From the IMG/VR virus record IMGVR_UViG_3300028603_000001, positions 116,801-180,800 of that record: 64,000 nt of DNA; one strand, given 5' to 3'. Under the pieces are notes generated by a model. The model worked only from the letters and a program-made list of their open reading frames with translations. It ran no database searches and was not told where the DNA came from. This DNA is from a virus (lineage: Duplodnaviria; Caudoviricetes). The translations under genes and the position numbers were made by a program. Below are positions 1-8,667 of this stretch, in pieces (positions within the stretch are counted from its first letter, which is position 1; each line of letters opens with the position of its first letter).

Positions 1-188
1 ATTTTCCTGAATTAGGTTGGGGATATGCTCAGTTATCTTTTCAAGAATTATTAGCTATTAAAAGATTTTTAGAAGAAAATGTTGAAGATATCAAATTTCC
101 TGAACTCTTTAAAAACAAGTGGGAAGAAATAAAACAAATAACTTTAACTAATAGGATGTTAAATGATAATATTAAGGGGGTGAGTTAA
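1..188 (+). CDS. 3' end of hypothetical protein (truncated by window edge)
   Basis: Open frame from 3 (FPELGWGYAQLSFQELL...) to TAA at 186-188. Confidence 0.6.
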   Translation, partial: FPELGWGYAQLSFQELLAIKRFLEENVEDIKFPELFKNKWEEIKQITLTNRMLNDNIKGVS

Positions 189-189
189 T

Positions 190-1836
190 ATAAAAACATT
201 ATATAATTTTAAAAAATTTGTAGATGAAATTCTTGCAGATAATAGTAGAAATTATAAAATATCTGTACTTGAAAAATATAAAGATGATGAAGATATTAAA
301 TATTATTTAGATTTTATTTTCAATCCTTTTATTACTACTGGAATATCAGATAAAAAATTAAACAGATTAACTGAAACAGATTACACAACAAAGTTAAATA
401 CTATTAAAGATATTTTAGATTATTCTAAAACACATAATACAGGTAGTGATAAAGATTTATCAATAATATTTAGTAATCGAGATACTTTATTTGAAGATTT
501 TGATCCTAAATCATTAGTTGACATTGAATATTTTAGAGATAAATTATTTGGTAATTTAAAAGTCCCTAAACAATTTTTTGAATTCACTGATGATGCAGCT
601 GGATTTAGTGGAGGTTCTATATTATCAAGTAGATGTGATATTGAAGATAAAACAGTTAGATTAAATAAACTTAAATCGTTACTGGGTGATGCTATAGGTA
701 ATCCAGAAGTTATTAGTTATATTCAACAATATATTGATGGGTTATTAGCAGAAAAAGAAAGAAAGCAAGAACAAGATTTTCAAGATTTAGATGCATCGCT
801 ATATAATTTATTTAATAAAATTTTAATTAAAAATTTGCAACTAGGTGTTGATGTAAAAACTATAAATAAAGTAATTCCTAATTTAATACCGACATTTAAT
901 GTTATGTTAGCAAATAAATATTTTGATGATGTAAAATTCGTAGAAGGAAAAGAATTTGCTTTAACTACTAAAATTGATGGTGGACGTATTGTTGCAATTA
1001 AGAAAAATGGCGATGTTAAATTCTATACTCGCTCTGGTCAATTATACGAAGGTCTAGTTGATTTAGAAGAAGAAATGAAATTATATATGCCTGATAACAT
1101 TATGTTAGATGGGGAAATTACTTTATTAAATGATTATGAAGTATTATATGATTTAAAATATAATGAACCCTGTATTGGTCATAAATTAACATCAAAAGAG
1201 CAATATAAAGAAACTATGAAAATCACTAGAAAAGATGGTGAAAAACATGGTGTTAAAATGTTAGTGTTTGATGGAATGTCTGTTGAAGATTTTGAAAATC
1301 AAACTAATAGTGTTCCATATATCAACAGAAGGGGTAAGCTTGAAGAGTTTTGGAACCATGCGGAAAACTGTGGACATAAAATGATTTACTTTGAATTACT
1401 TCCTATTCTGTATCGAGGAACCGACTCATCTGAAATCACTAAATGGCTCAACTACAGCATTGAACATGGTGAAGAAGGCGTTATGATCAACATATGTGAT
1501 GCTCCTTATGAGTTTAAGCGAACTAAAAACTTATTAAAAGTTAAAAAGATGGATACATTAGATTTACGTGTCATAGATTTAGAATGCGGGACAAATGCAA
1601 ATAGCGACAGACTAGGAGCTTTCATTTGTGAATATAAAGATGGTAATATTGTAAAAGTTGGAACTGGTATTTCCCAAGAGCTGCGAATTGAAATATGGAA
1701 CAATAAAAAAGACTGGTTAAATACTATTATTGAAGTACAATTTTTTGAAGAGACTGAAAATGCTAACGGTGGAAAATCACTTAGATTCCCGGTATATAAA
1801 GGTAGACGATTAGATAAAAATATTCCAGATTATTAA
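190..1836 (+). CDS. lig: ATP-dependent DNA ligase; probable ATA start at 190, longer than the ORF-track call at 835
   Basis: Motifs TTKIDGGR (I), LDGEI (III), VFDG (IIIa), EEGVMI (IV), LLKVKK (V), SLRFP (VI). Frame is open back to TGA at 181-183. SD-like AAGGGGGTGAG precedes ATA at 190. Upstream part reads as a ligase N-terminal domain (NSRNYKISVLEKYK...HNTG). Confidence 0.9.
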   Translation: MKTLYNFKKFVDEILADNSRNYKISVLEKYKDDEDIKYYLDFIFNPFITTGISDKKLNRLTETDYTTKLNTIKDILDYSKTHNTGSDKDLSIIFSNRDTLFEDFDPKSLVDIEYFRDKLFGNLKVPKQFFEFTDDAAGFSGGSILSSRCDIEDKTVRLNKLKSLLGDAIGNPEVISYIQQYIDGLLAEKERKQEQDFQDLDASLYNLFNKILIKNLQLGVDVKTINKVIPNLIPTFNVMLANKYFDDVKFVEGKEFALTTKIDGGRIVAIKKNGDVKFYTRSGQLYEGLVDLEEEMKLYMPDNIMLDGEITLLNDYEVLYDLKYNEPCIGHKLTSKEQYKETMKITRKDGEKHGVKMLVFDGMSVEDFENQTNSVPYINRRGKLEEFWNHAENCGHKMIYFELLPILYRGTDSSEITKWLNYSIEHGEEGVMINICDAPYEFKRTKNLLKVKKMDTLDLRVIDLECGTNANSDRLGAFICEYKDGNIVKVGTGISQELRIEIWNNKKDWLNTIIEVQFFEETENANGGKSLRFPVYKGRRLDKNIPDY

Positions 1837-2001
1837 TGCATATATACATTTAACCCTTGATTCTCCAATAGAATTTTAAGTTCTCTTAACGTTTACTAAA
1901 TGGTTAATAACTTAACATCTAATAAGAATTATTAGCAAGACAACTGAAATTTACAAAATTAAAAAAATAAATTGTATATTATTATATATAATTAAAAATA
2001 T

Positions 2002-2027
2002 AAAAAATCTTAGCGATAAGGTTTTTT
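2002..2027 (+). terminator. Intrinsic terminator
   Basis: AAAAAATCTTA-GCGA-TAAGGTTTTTT hairpin with U tract. Confidence 0.6.
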
Positions 2028-2087
2028 ATTAGCTAAATTATACACATCAGGTTATTATAATATGTACCTGTAAACTATTTTATAATT

Positions 2088-2156
2088 AAAAGCCACACCA
2101 CAGGCAACTGTGGGCCGGAAAGCCAGAGGGACTCTCAGTAGTCAGCCGTGCTGCAG
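2088..2156 (+). promoter_or_regulatory. c-di-GMP-I (GEMM) riboswitch
   Basis: GCCACA-CCACAG GCAA CTGTGG-GCCGGAAAGCC-AGAGGGACT...AGTCAGCC..GCTGCA. GNRA-capped P1 and the GEMM junction are present, with a compensatory swap (usual GGC.../...CGCAAAG reads GCC.../...CGGAAAG). Abuts SD GAAAGAGG. Confidence 0.75.
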
Positions 2157-2168
2157 AAAGAGGTAATT

Positions 2169-2738
2169 ATGAAAAACAAAAAAGAAAAAATTAATTTAAG
2201 AAAATTTTTATTTGTACTACCCTTGCTTTTATTAGCTCTAATCACAACAGTAGTAGCTACTTTTGCTTGGTGGAATACGTTAACAGTTGAAAAAGATTTT
2301 GATGGAACAATTGGTGACTCAGTCGTATTAAAATTAACAGCTGCTGATTTCAGTGGTGTTCTGGTTCCTGAAGATGTATATGATAATGACGAAGATATTT
2401 TAAATCAAGGTTGGGTAAAAGTATGGTCAACAAACTTAAACTTTACTGTCGATAGAACAGATACAACAGGTGATTCTTTTGTATTAACTATCACACCTGT
2501 TAAAATTTTTGTTGATGGAGTTGATCGAAGTTCTTATTTTGATTTGAAAATTTTAGATGGTGAAGATGATGACCTAAGCTATGATATTAATACTGCTAAA
2601 ACTTTAACGTTAAAATTAAGTTTTAGAGATATATTAGAAGAAGAACAAGAGGAGGTTAGAACAACATTCGCAGGATTCGCAGGGGAACAGTTAACTATAA
2701 CAATTGAAGCAAAAATCACAGCACAACCACAACCCTAA
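2169..2738 (+). CDS. Secreted protein with SipW-class (TasA/camelysin-like) signal peptide
   Basis: SD then ATG at 2169; basic N-terminus, hydrophobic stretch, ATFAWW cleavage signature, beta-rich mature part. Confidence 0.7.
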   Translation: MKNKKEKINLRKFLFVLPLLLLALITTVVATFAWWNTLTVEKDFDGTIGDSVVLKLTAADFSGVLVPEDVYDNDEDILNQGWVKVWSTNLNFTVDRTDTTGDSFVLTITPVKIFVDGVDRSSYFDLKILDGEDDDLSYDINTAKTLTLKLSFRDILEEEQEEVRTTFAGFAGEQLTITIEAKITAQPQP

Positions 2739-2837
2739 GCTTCCCCTTTTACTAATTTATTTATCATCAATGTTACTAATATCACATAGTTCACTATTGT
2801 TGATCAATGTATTTTTAAAGAGAAAGAAGGGGATATT

Positions 2838-3416
2838 ATGAGTAAAATCTTATCAACAATTCTTGCTGTATTTATTTTTATATCTTTTCTCTCAAGTACG
2901 GACATATACGCTTATTGGAATAATTTAGAAATAACATATACAGTTACCGCACAAATAGGTGTATGGGATTACAAAATAATCCCTGACGAATGGAATCTTA
3001 ATATCTGGGAAGATGAAGATAATTTAAATCAGACAATTCCTGAAAACCAGTTATTCTCCTATAATGGTTTATTATATGTTGTAAGAGAGGGTGAGGTATA
3101 TAACCCACATTGGCATGGATTACCAGGTGAACCAAATACACAATGGGCTTATGTATCCCTTGAATTAGAATGGAGACCAAATATGAATTATCGAACATTA
3201 TCAGTTGTTGTCAGAGAAGGAAGATATTTTATAGCTAATCCAGCTTATAACGATAATTGGTTTGTTGGAGACCCATTAAATTCAGCGAATAAAGCATGGT
3301 CAGAATGGAGAGAAATAGAACAACTTCCAGAATCATATTTTGGCTTCTTATTAGATTATCCAATGGTAAAAGATTATCGCGCTAATATAGCTGATGTTAT
3401 CTTTATAACTAATTAA
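2838..3416 (+). CDS. Secreted protein, SipW-class signal peptide, CBM5/12-like aromatic repeats
   Basis: Signal ends IYAYWN; FSYNGLLY and WRPNMNY..SVVVREGRYF resemble carbohydrate-binding module repeats. Confidence 0.6.
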   Translation: MSKILSTILAVFIFISFLSSTDIYAYWNNLEITYTVTAQIGVWDYKIIPDEWNLNIWEDEDNLNQTIPENQLFSYNGLLYVVREGEVYNPHWHGLPGEPNTQWAYVSLELEWRPNMNYRTLSVVVREGRYFIANPAYNDNWFVGDPLNSANKAWSEWREIEQLPESYFGFLLDYPMVKDYRANIADVIFITN

Positions 3417-3432
3417 ACAAATTCAAATTATA

Positions 3433-3456
3433 AATCTTGGGAAACCAAGGTTTTTT
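3433..3456 (+). terminator. Intrinsic terminator
   Basis: AATCTTGG-GAAA-CCAAGGTTTTTT. Confidence 0.75.
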
Positions 3457-3521
3457 AATTTAATTAATTGTATATTATTATGAATGAATAAATCATAAAA
3501 TATAAATTTTTGGAGGTTAAA

Positions 3522-5819
3522 ATGAGAGTATTATTATTAATGAGAGGTGCTCCTGGTTGTGGTAAAACGACATGGATTAAAAACCATAATTTAGAAGATT
3601 ATACGTTATCACCAGATGAATTAAGAATTAAATGTAGTTCTCTAGAATTACAACCAACAGGTGAATTAAAAGTTTCACAAAATCAAGAAAATGAAAGTGC
3701 TGTTTGGAGTATTTTATTTAAACTTCTAGAACATAGAATGTCTCGTGGAGAGTTTACTGTTATAGACGCCACATGTTCTAAAACGAAAGATATTAAACAA
3801 TATAAAGAATTAGCTGATCAATATAGATATAGAATGTATATAGTTGATTTCACAAAAGTATCTTTAGAAACATGCCTAAAACAAAATAAAATGAGACCAG
3901 AACATAAATGGGTTCCAGAGAGAGCTATTGAAAATATCTATGCTAGATTTGCAACACAACAAATTCCCAGTGGTGTAACCATTATTCAACCAGATGATTT
4001 TGATGCAGTATTAGAAAAACCATTTGATGTTTCTGAATATAAAAGAATAGTATTTATTGGAGATATTCATGGATGTTATGATACACTAATGCAATATCCA
4101 GATTTTAAAAATGGTTTAAGAGATGATACAGAATATATTTTCTTAGGAGATTATATTGATAGAGGCAATCAAAATGCAGAAGTGTTGCATTGGTTATTCT
4201 CTATTATGAATAAACCAAATGTATGTTTATTAGAAGGAAATCATGAGAAGTGGATCAGGGATTATGGAAATAGTGTTCCTGCTAAATCAAGGGAGTTTGA
4301 ACATAAAACAAAACAGCAATTAATGAGCGGTGGTTTTGATGAAAAAATGGCAAGGATGTTATACAGGAAAGTAAGACAATTCTCTCATATTACATGGAAT
4401 GGAATTGAAATTTTAGCTTGCCACGCAGGAATCCCACATTTACAACATAATCTATTGTATGTTCCATCTATTGATTTTATTCAAGGTGTTGGAAAATATG
4501 CTGATTATTTAGCAGTTGCTGAAACATGGATGGGCAAAACAAACTTAAATCAATATCTAATTCATGGTCATAGAAATGTTGAAGGTGACGAAACACAAAT
4601 TGCCGATAGAGTATTCAATTTAGAAGGTAGAGTTGAATTTGGAGGTAAGTTAAGAATTGTTGAATTATCAATGGAATATTTAATGCCTGAATATGGTTAT
4701 ACTGCTGATGGAGGAAGAATCCCAATAGGTGTTATCACAACTCCAAGCTGGAATGTTGTTGAGTTAGATGATTGCCAACCAATTACAAAAGAGTTAAATA
4801 CAGAGGAACGAAAAGTTGAAACAGTAGCAGATGCAATTACATATTTACAAAATAATAAATATGTTCAAGAAAAAGCACTAGGCGATGGAATATCTTCATT
4901 TAATTTTACTAGAGAAGCTTTTTTTAAAGGTAACTGGAATAGACAGACTGTTCTAGCTAGAGGTTTATTTATAGACACGAAGAATAAAAAAATTATGGCT
5001 AGATCATATAAAAAGTTCTTTAATATTAATGAAGTTAGAGAAACTGAATTAGTATCACTAAGAGAAAAATTGCAATTTCCTGTAACTGCATACGTTAAAG
5101 AAAATGGATTTTTAGCTATTGTTTCTTATGATTATATTAACGATGATTTATTTATAGCTTCTAAATCAACCAATAAAGGTCCTTATGTGGAGTATATTAA
5201 AAAAGCTATTGAACCTTATCGAGAAAGGTTATTAGAATACTTTAGAGAATTATATAAGAGAGCTAACGACATTAACGGTCAAATAGCTACATTTGTATTT
5301 GAATGTATAGATGTTGAAAATGACCCACATATAATCAAGTACAATGAAAGTAAATTAATTCTATTAGATGTTATATTAAATAGCTTAGATTATAAAGCAC
5401 TTAATTACAAAGAATTAAACCTTGTTGCAAAATTAATACCAGATTGTCCTGTAAAAGAAAAAGCTTTTGAAATAAAAGACTGGGATGCGTTTAGAGACCT
5501 TTATAATGAAATTCAATCAGAAGAGTATCAATATAATGGAAAATATATTGAAGGATTTGTATTTGTTGACGAAGCTGGTTTTATGACTAAGTGTAAAACA
5601 GGTTATTATAATCAATGGAAGAAATTAAGGGGAATTACAGATCAAACTTTAAGACGTGGATATATCACTAAAACTGGTATGCTAACAACTTCTTTAGAAA
5701 ATATGTATTATGGATTTTTAAAAGACTTATATAAAAATGATTATAATAAAGAAACAAAAATTTATCCATATAAAACAGATATTATATCATTAAGAGAAAA
5801 GTTCTTAAAGGAGAATTAA
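3522..5819 (+). CDS. Trifunctional RNA repair enzyme: polynucleotide kinase, metallophosphoesterase, RNA ligase
   Basis: P-loop GAPGCGKT; GDIHG, GDYIDRG, GNHE; ligase KKFFN, KENG, EGFV. GGAGG SD before ATG 3522. Confidence 0.9.
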   Translation: MRVLLLMRGAPGCGKTTWIKNHNLEDYTLSPDELRIKCSSLELQPTGELKVSQNQENESAVWSILFKLLEHRMSRGEFTVIDATCSKTKDIKQYKELADQYRYRMYIVDFTKVSLETCLKQNKMRPEHKWVPERAIENIYARFATQQIPSGVTIIQPDDFDAVLEKPFDVSEYKRIVFIGDIHGCYDTLMQYPDFKNGLRDDTEYIFLGDYIDRGNQNAEVLHWLFSIMNKPNVCLLEGNHEKWIRDYGNSVPAKSREFEHKTKQQLMSGGFDEKMARMLYRKVRQFSHITWNGIEILACHAGIPHLQHNLLYVPSIDFIQGVGKYADYLAVAETWMGKTNLNQYLIHGHRNVEGDETQIADRVFNLEGRVEFGGKLRIVELSMEYLMPEYGYTADGGRIPIGVITTPSWNVVELDDCQPITKELNTEERKVETVADAITYLQNNKYVQEKALGDGISSFNFTREAFFKGNWNRQTVLARGLFIDTKNKKIMARSYKKFFNINEVRETELVSLREKLQFPVTAYVKENGFLAIVSYDYINDDLFIASKSTNKGPYVEYIKKAIEPYRERLLEYFRELYKRANDINGQIATFVFECIDVENDPHIIKYNESKLILLDVILNSLDYKALNYKELNLVAKLIPDCPVKEKAFEIKDWDAFRDLYNEIQSEEYQYNGKYIEGFVFVDEAGFMTKCKTGYYNQWKKLRGITDQTLRRGYITKTGMLTTSLENMYYGFLKDLYKNDYNKETKIYPYKTDIISLREKFLKEN

Positions 5820-5820
5820 T

Positions 5821-6072
5821 ATGAGCCCACGAGAACATTATCCTGAATTAACAACTGAACAATATTTGAATCTTAAAATAGGAGATTCAATTAAATATTT
5901 ATATTATGTTTTAGGTAATTACATTGAGCGCGGTGACGGAAAAATTGCAAAATTAATAATTAAAGGTAGTTCAGTCGACGATGGTTTTTATGAATATAAA
6001 TATGATAATCAGGTTATTTTAAGTAATGGAGCTAAAGTAACTTATTGTGATATAACTGAAGTGATTGAATAA
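5821..6072 (+). CDS. Hypothetical protein
   Basis: ORF with GGAG SD, co-oriented. Confidence 0.6.
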   Translation: MSPREHYPELTTEQYLNLKIGDSIKYLYYVLGNYIERGDGKIAKLIIKGSSVDDGFYEYKYDNQVILSNGAKVTYCDITEVIE

Positions 6073-6280
6073 AAACCAGAGGCAATATTTAATAATTACT
6101 TGAATAGAAGAATAGAAGTAGGAGCTATGTTGACATAAAAAATTATGTAATTAATTATGAGATATAAATATCAAACCTGCTGGAAGCTAAATATATGATA
6201 AAAATATGTCTATAGTGTCAAGTTGAAGAATTTAAATTGTAAATAAATATATAATAATGATTAAGGAGAGAAGAAAATAA

Positions 6281-6589
6281 ATGAAGAAATCGAGTTATAA
6301 ATTAAAAGACTTTGATATAGATTATTCTAAAGTTGTTAAATTAATTTGGAATGATATTGTTTTATATGATGATACATTAAGTTATTATGACCCAACTTTA
6401 GCTAGTGTTGAAACATTGAAAGAAATAAAAGTACAGTATATGGATAAAAATATTTATAATATCAATATGAATATAAAAAATGGTCGTGATATCGTGTTGA
6501 CTATTTTAGGAGAAAATGTGTTGACTGCTTTGTCAAAGAGTAGAATAAATATGAAACATTCTATTGATTCTATTGGAGGAGAAAATTAA
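6281..6589 (+). CDS. Hypothetical protein
   Basis: AAGGAG SD; stop overlaps dUTPase start. Confidence 0.6.
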   Translation: MKKSSYKLKDFDIDYSKVVKLIWNDIVLYDDTLSYYDPTLASVETLKEIKVQYMDKNIYNINMNIKNGRDIVLTILGENVLTALSKSRINMKHSIDSIGGEN

Positions 6590-7020
6590 TGTTTAATGTA
6601 TTCGGTGTTATTTTAGATGAAGGTGCTACAAAGCCTAGAAGAGCTCATGATAGTGATGCTGGTTTTGATTTGTTTAGTAGAGAAGATGCTGTGATAAAAG
6701 CTAGAAGTTATAAGATATTTGATACTGGTGTGCATATAAATATATTACCTGGATATGTTGGATTTATTAAGTCAAAGAGTGGGCTAAACGTGAAACATTC
6801 TATTGTAGGTGAAGGTGTTGTTGATGCTGGGTATACAGGTTCTATTATTGTAAAATTATATAATCATGGGACTGATGATTATGTAGTAATGAAGGGTGAT
6901 AAAATATCTCAGATTGTATTCTTAGAGTTACCTGTAATTGAATTAAGACAAGTATTCGAAGAAAATTTTGGTGTATATACTGAGCGGGGTACTGCTGGAT
7001 TTGGTTCGACAGGAAGATAA
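6589..7020 (+). CDS. dut: Trimeric dUTPase
   Basis: AGFDL, KSGL, GVVDAGYTG, KISQ, RGTAGFGSTG. Confidence 0.95.
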   Translation: MFNVFGVILDEGATKPRRAHDSDAGFDLFSREDAVIKARSYKIFDTGVHINILPGYVGFIKSKSGLNVKHSIVGEGVVDAGYTGSIIVKLYNHGTDDYVVMKGDKISQIVFLELPVIELRQVFEENFGVYTERGTAGFGSTGR

Positions 7021-7029
7021 TGACAAAAC

Positions 7030-7061
7030 AAAAAAGGCTATTTAAAATAACCTTTTTTTTT
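7030..7061. terminator. Bidirectional terminator at the convergence of the + and - blocks
   Basis: AAAAAAGGCTATTT...AAATAACCTTTTTT. Confidence 0.65.
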
Positions 7062-7086
7062 ATAATTTAACTAATAATGCGAAGGT

Positions 7087-7323
7087 TTATTCTTCTTCAT
7101 CTTCGCTTTCTTCTAAATTAGGTTTCTCTAAATCAGATATATCTTCTTTAGTTTCTTCAATATTTGGTATTTCTGTTTCTTCATATTCATAATCAATAAT
7201 ACTATTTACATCAGTATATAAGATACCAGTTGTCTTGTTTCTTATATATACATTCTTATCACTATAATTTCTGTATATTATATCACCTAAAATATGTACA
7301 ACTTCTCTAACTATCATTTTCAA
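7087..7323 (-). CDS. Small protein downstream of receptor-binding protein (possible fibre assembly factor)
   Basis: Overlaps upstream stop; assignment from position only. Confidence 0.5.
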   Translation of the reverse strand: MKMIVREVVHILGDIIYRNYSDKNVYIRNKTTGILYTDVNSIIDYEYEETEIPNIEETKEDISDLEKPNLEESEDEEE

Positions 7324-8666
7324 TAACCTCCATCAATTAATCTTCTATATGGAGAACTTGTACTGTTTGGTAAAGCAGATATTAATTCTAATCTCTTACT
7401 ACCATATACTATTATACCTGCACCATTATCTATACGGGTTTTAGAATTGATACTTTGGGATAATGAATTACCATCAGTAGGATATACACTAGCATTCCAA
7501 GTAATAGTTGATAATGAGTAACAGTTGTAAAGAAAATAATTTCCTATACTTGTTATGTTACTTAAATCTAAAGGTTGGTTGAATGAAAAACATTGTCTAA
7601 AGAAATTATTTCCAATACTTGTTATGTTACTTAAATCTAACGGTTGGTTGAATGAATAACAGTTGTAAAGAAAAAAATTTCCTATACTTGTTATGTTACT
7701 TAAATCCAGTGGTTGGTTGAATGAGTAACAATAACTCAAAAAATAATCACTAATACTTGTTATGTTGCTTAAATCCAGTGGTTGATTAAATGAATGACAA
7801 TAATACATAAAATTAACACCAATACTTGTTATGTTACTTAAATCTAACGGTTGATTAAATGAATGACAATAATACATAAAATTATTACCAATGCTGGTTA
7901 TGTTGCTTAAATCCAGTGGTTGATTAAATGAATAACAATAATTCATAAAAAGACCACCAATGCTGGTTATGTTACTTAAATCCAGTGGTTGATTAAATGA
8001 ATAACAATAATACATAAAATTAGCACCAACGCCGGTTATGTTACCAACTAAAGTATTTAGCACTTGATAACTATAAATTGTATTCCACGAATTTGAATTA
8101 GAAGAAAAAATAGGTGGACCAGCAGTTTCAATGAATTTATAATTTATGTCAATAGTTCCTTCACTACCATCAGGCATAATATTAGTATAAGCAAAAGTTA
8201 AACAGTTTGTGCCTGTTATATTTTCACCATAGTGTGCGTGTAGACCTTTGTATGTTAGTGTTTGATTTCCTTTAGTAAGAGTAATAGTAAAGTTTTTTAA
8301 AGATGATACATCACTAGATACATCAAATTCAACTAATACTTCTTTTGTTCCATTATTGGTAATAGTTGCTCTTCCTTCTAATCCTGAAATAGTAATATCA
8401 TAATCATTAGATTTGTAAATATGATTTACTTCTTTTTCGTTAACATTATCTTTATACGTTAATGGGATAGTAGCACCTGTAAATAATCCACTTGCTGAAG
8501 TTGTAGGAAATTCACCACTACCATTTCCACCACCTGATATTTCTAAAATTTTTGTGTGATAATCAGTAAACGGAACATCTTCCATCGCAACACCTTTATC
8601 AACTATCGCCTGTTTAATATTTTGTTTAACAGTATTTAATACTAATAACTTATCACTTATTGCCAT
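7320..8666 (-). CDS. Putative receptor-binding protein with BspA/DUF285-like leucine-rich repeats
   Basis: Tail-type N-terminus (KQNIKQAIVDKGV...PFTDY); 23-aa repeats FNQPLDLSNITSIGxxFxxxCxS. Confidence 0.75.
   Translation of the reverse strand: MAISDKLLVLNTVKQNIKQAIVDKGVAMEDVPFTDYHTKILEISGGGNGSGEFPTTSASGLFTGATIPLTYKDNVNEKEVNHIYKSNDYDITISGLEGRATITNNGTKEVLVEFDVSSDVSSLKNFTITLTKGNQTLTYKGLHAHYGENITGTNCLTFAYTNIMPDGSEGTIDINYKFIETAGPPIFSSNSNSWNTIYSYQVLNTLVGNITGVGANFMYYCYSFNQPLDLSNITSIGGLFMNYCYSFNQPLDLSNITSIGNNFMYYCHSFNQPLDLSNITSIGVNFMYYCHSFNQPLDLSNITSISDYFLSYCYSFNQPLDLSNITSIGNFFLYNCYSFNQPLDLSNITSIGNNFFRQCFSFNQPLDLSNITSIGNYFLYNCYSLSTITWNASVYPTDGNSLSQSINSKTRIDNGAGIIVYGSKRLELISALPNSTSSPYRRLIDGGY
7517..8040 (-). 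repeat. Coding tandem repeat, 69-nt unit, about 7.5 copies
   Basis: Near-identical DNA units visible. Confidence 0.9.
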
Positions 8667-8667
8667 A

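Noticed and set aside
496-790. Intein or intron in the ligase
   Set aside because: No C/S...HN splice junctions and no stop-containing structured intron; the frame is continuous
7320-8666. Complete DGR
   Set aside because: No reverse transcriptase, accessory gene or template repeat in the window; kept only as a hypothesis
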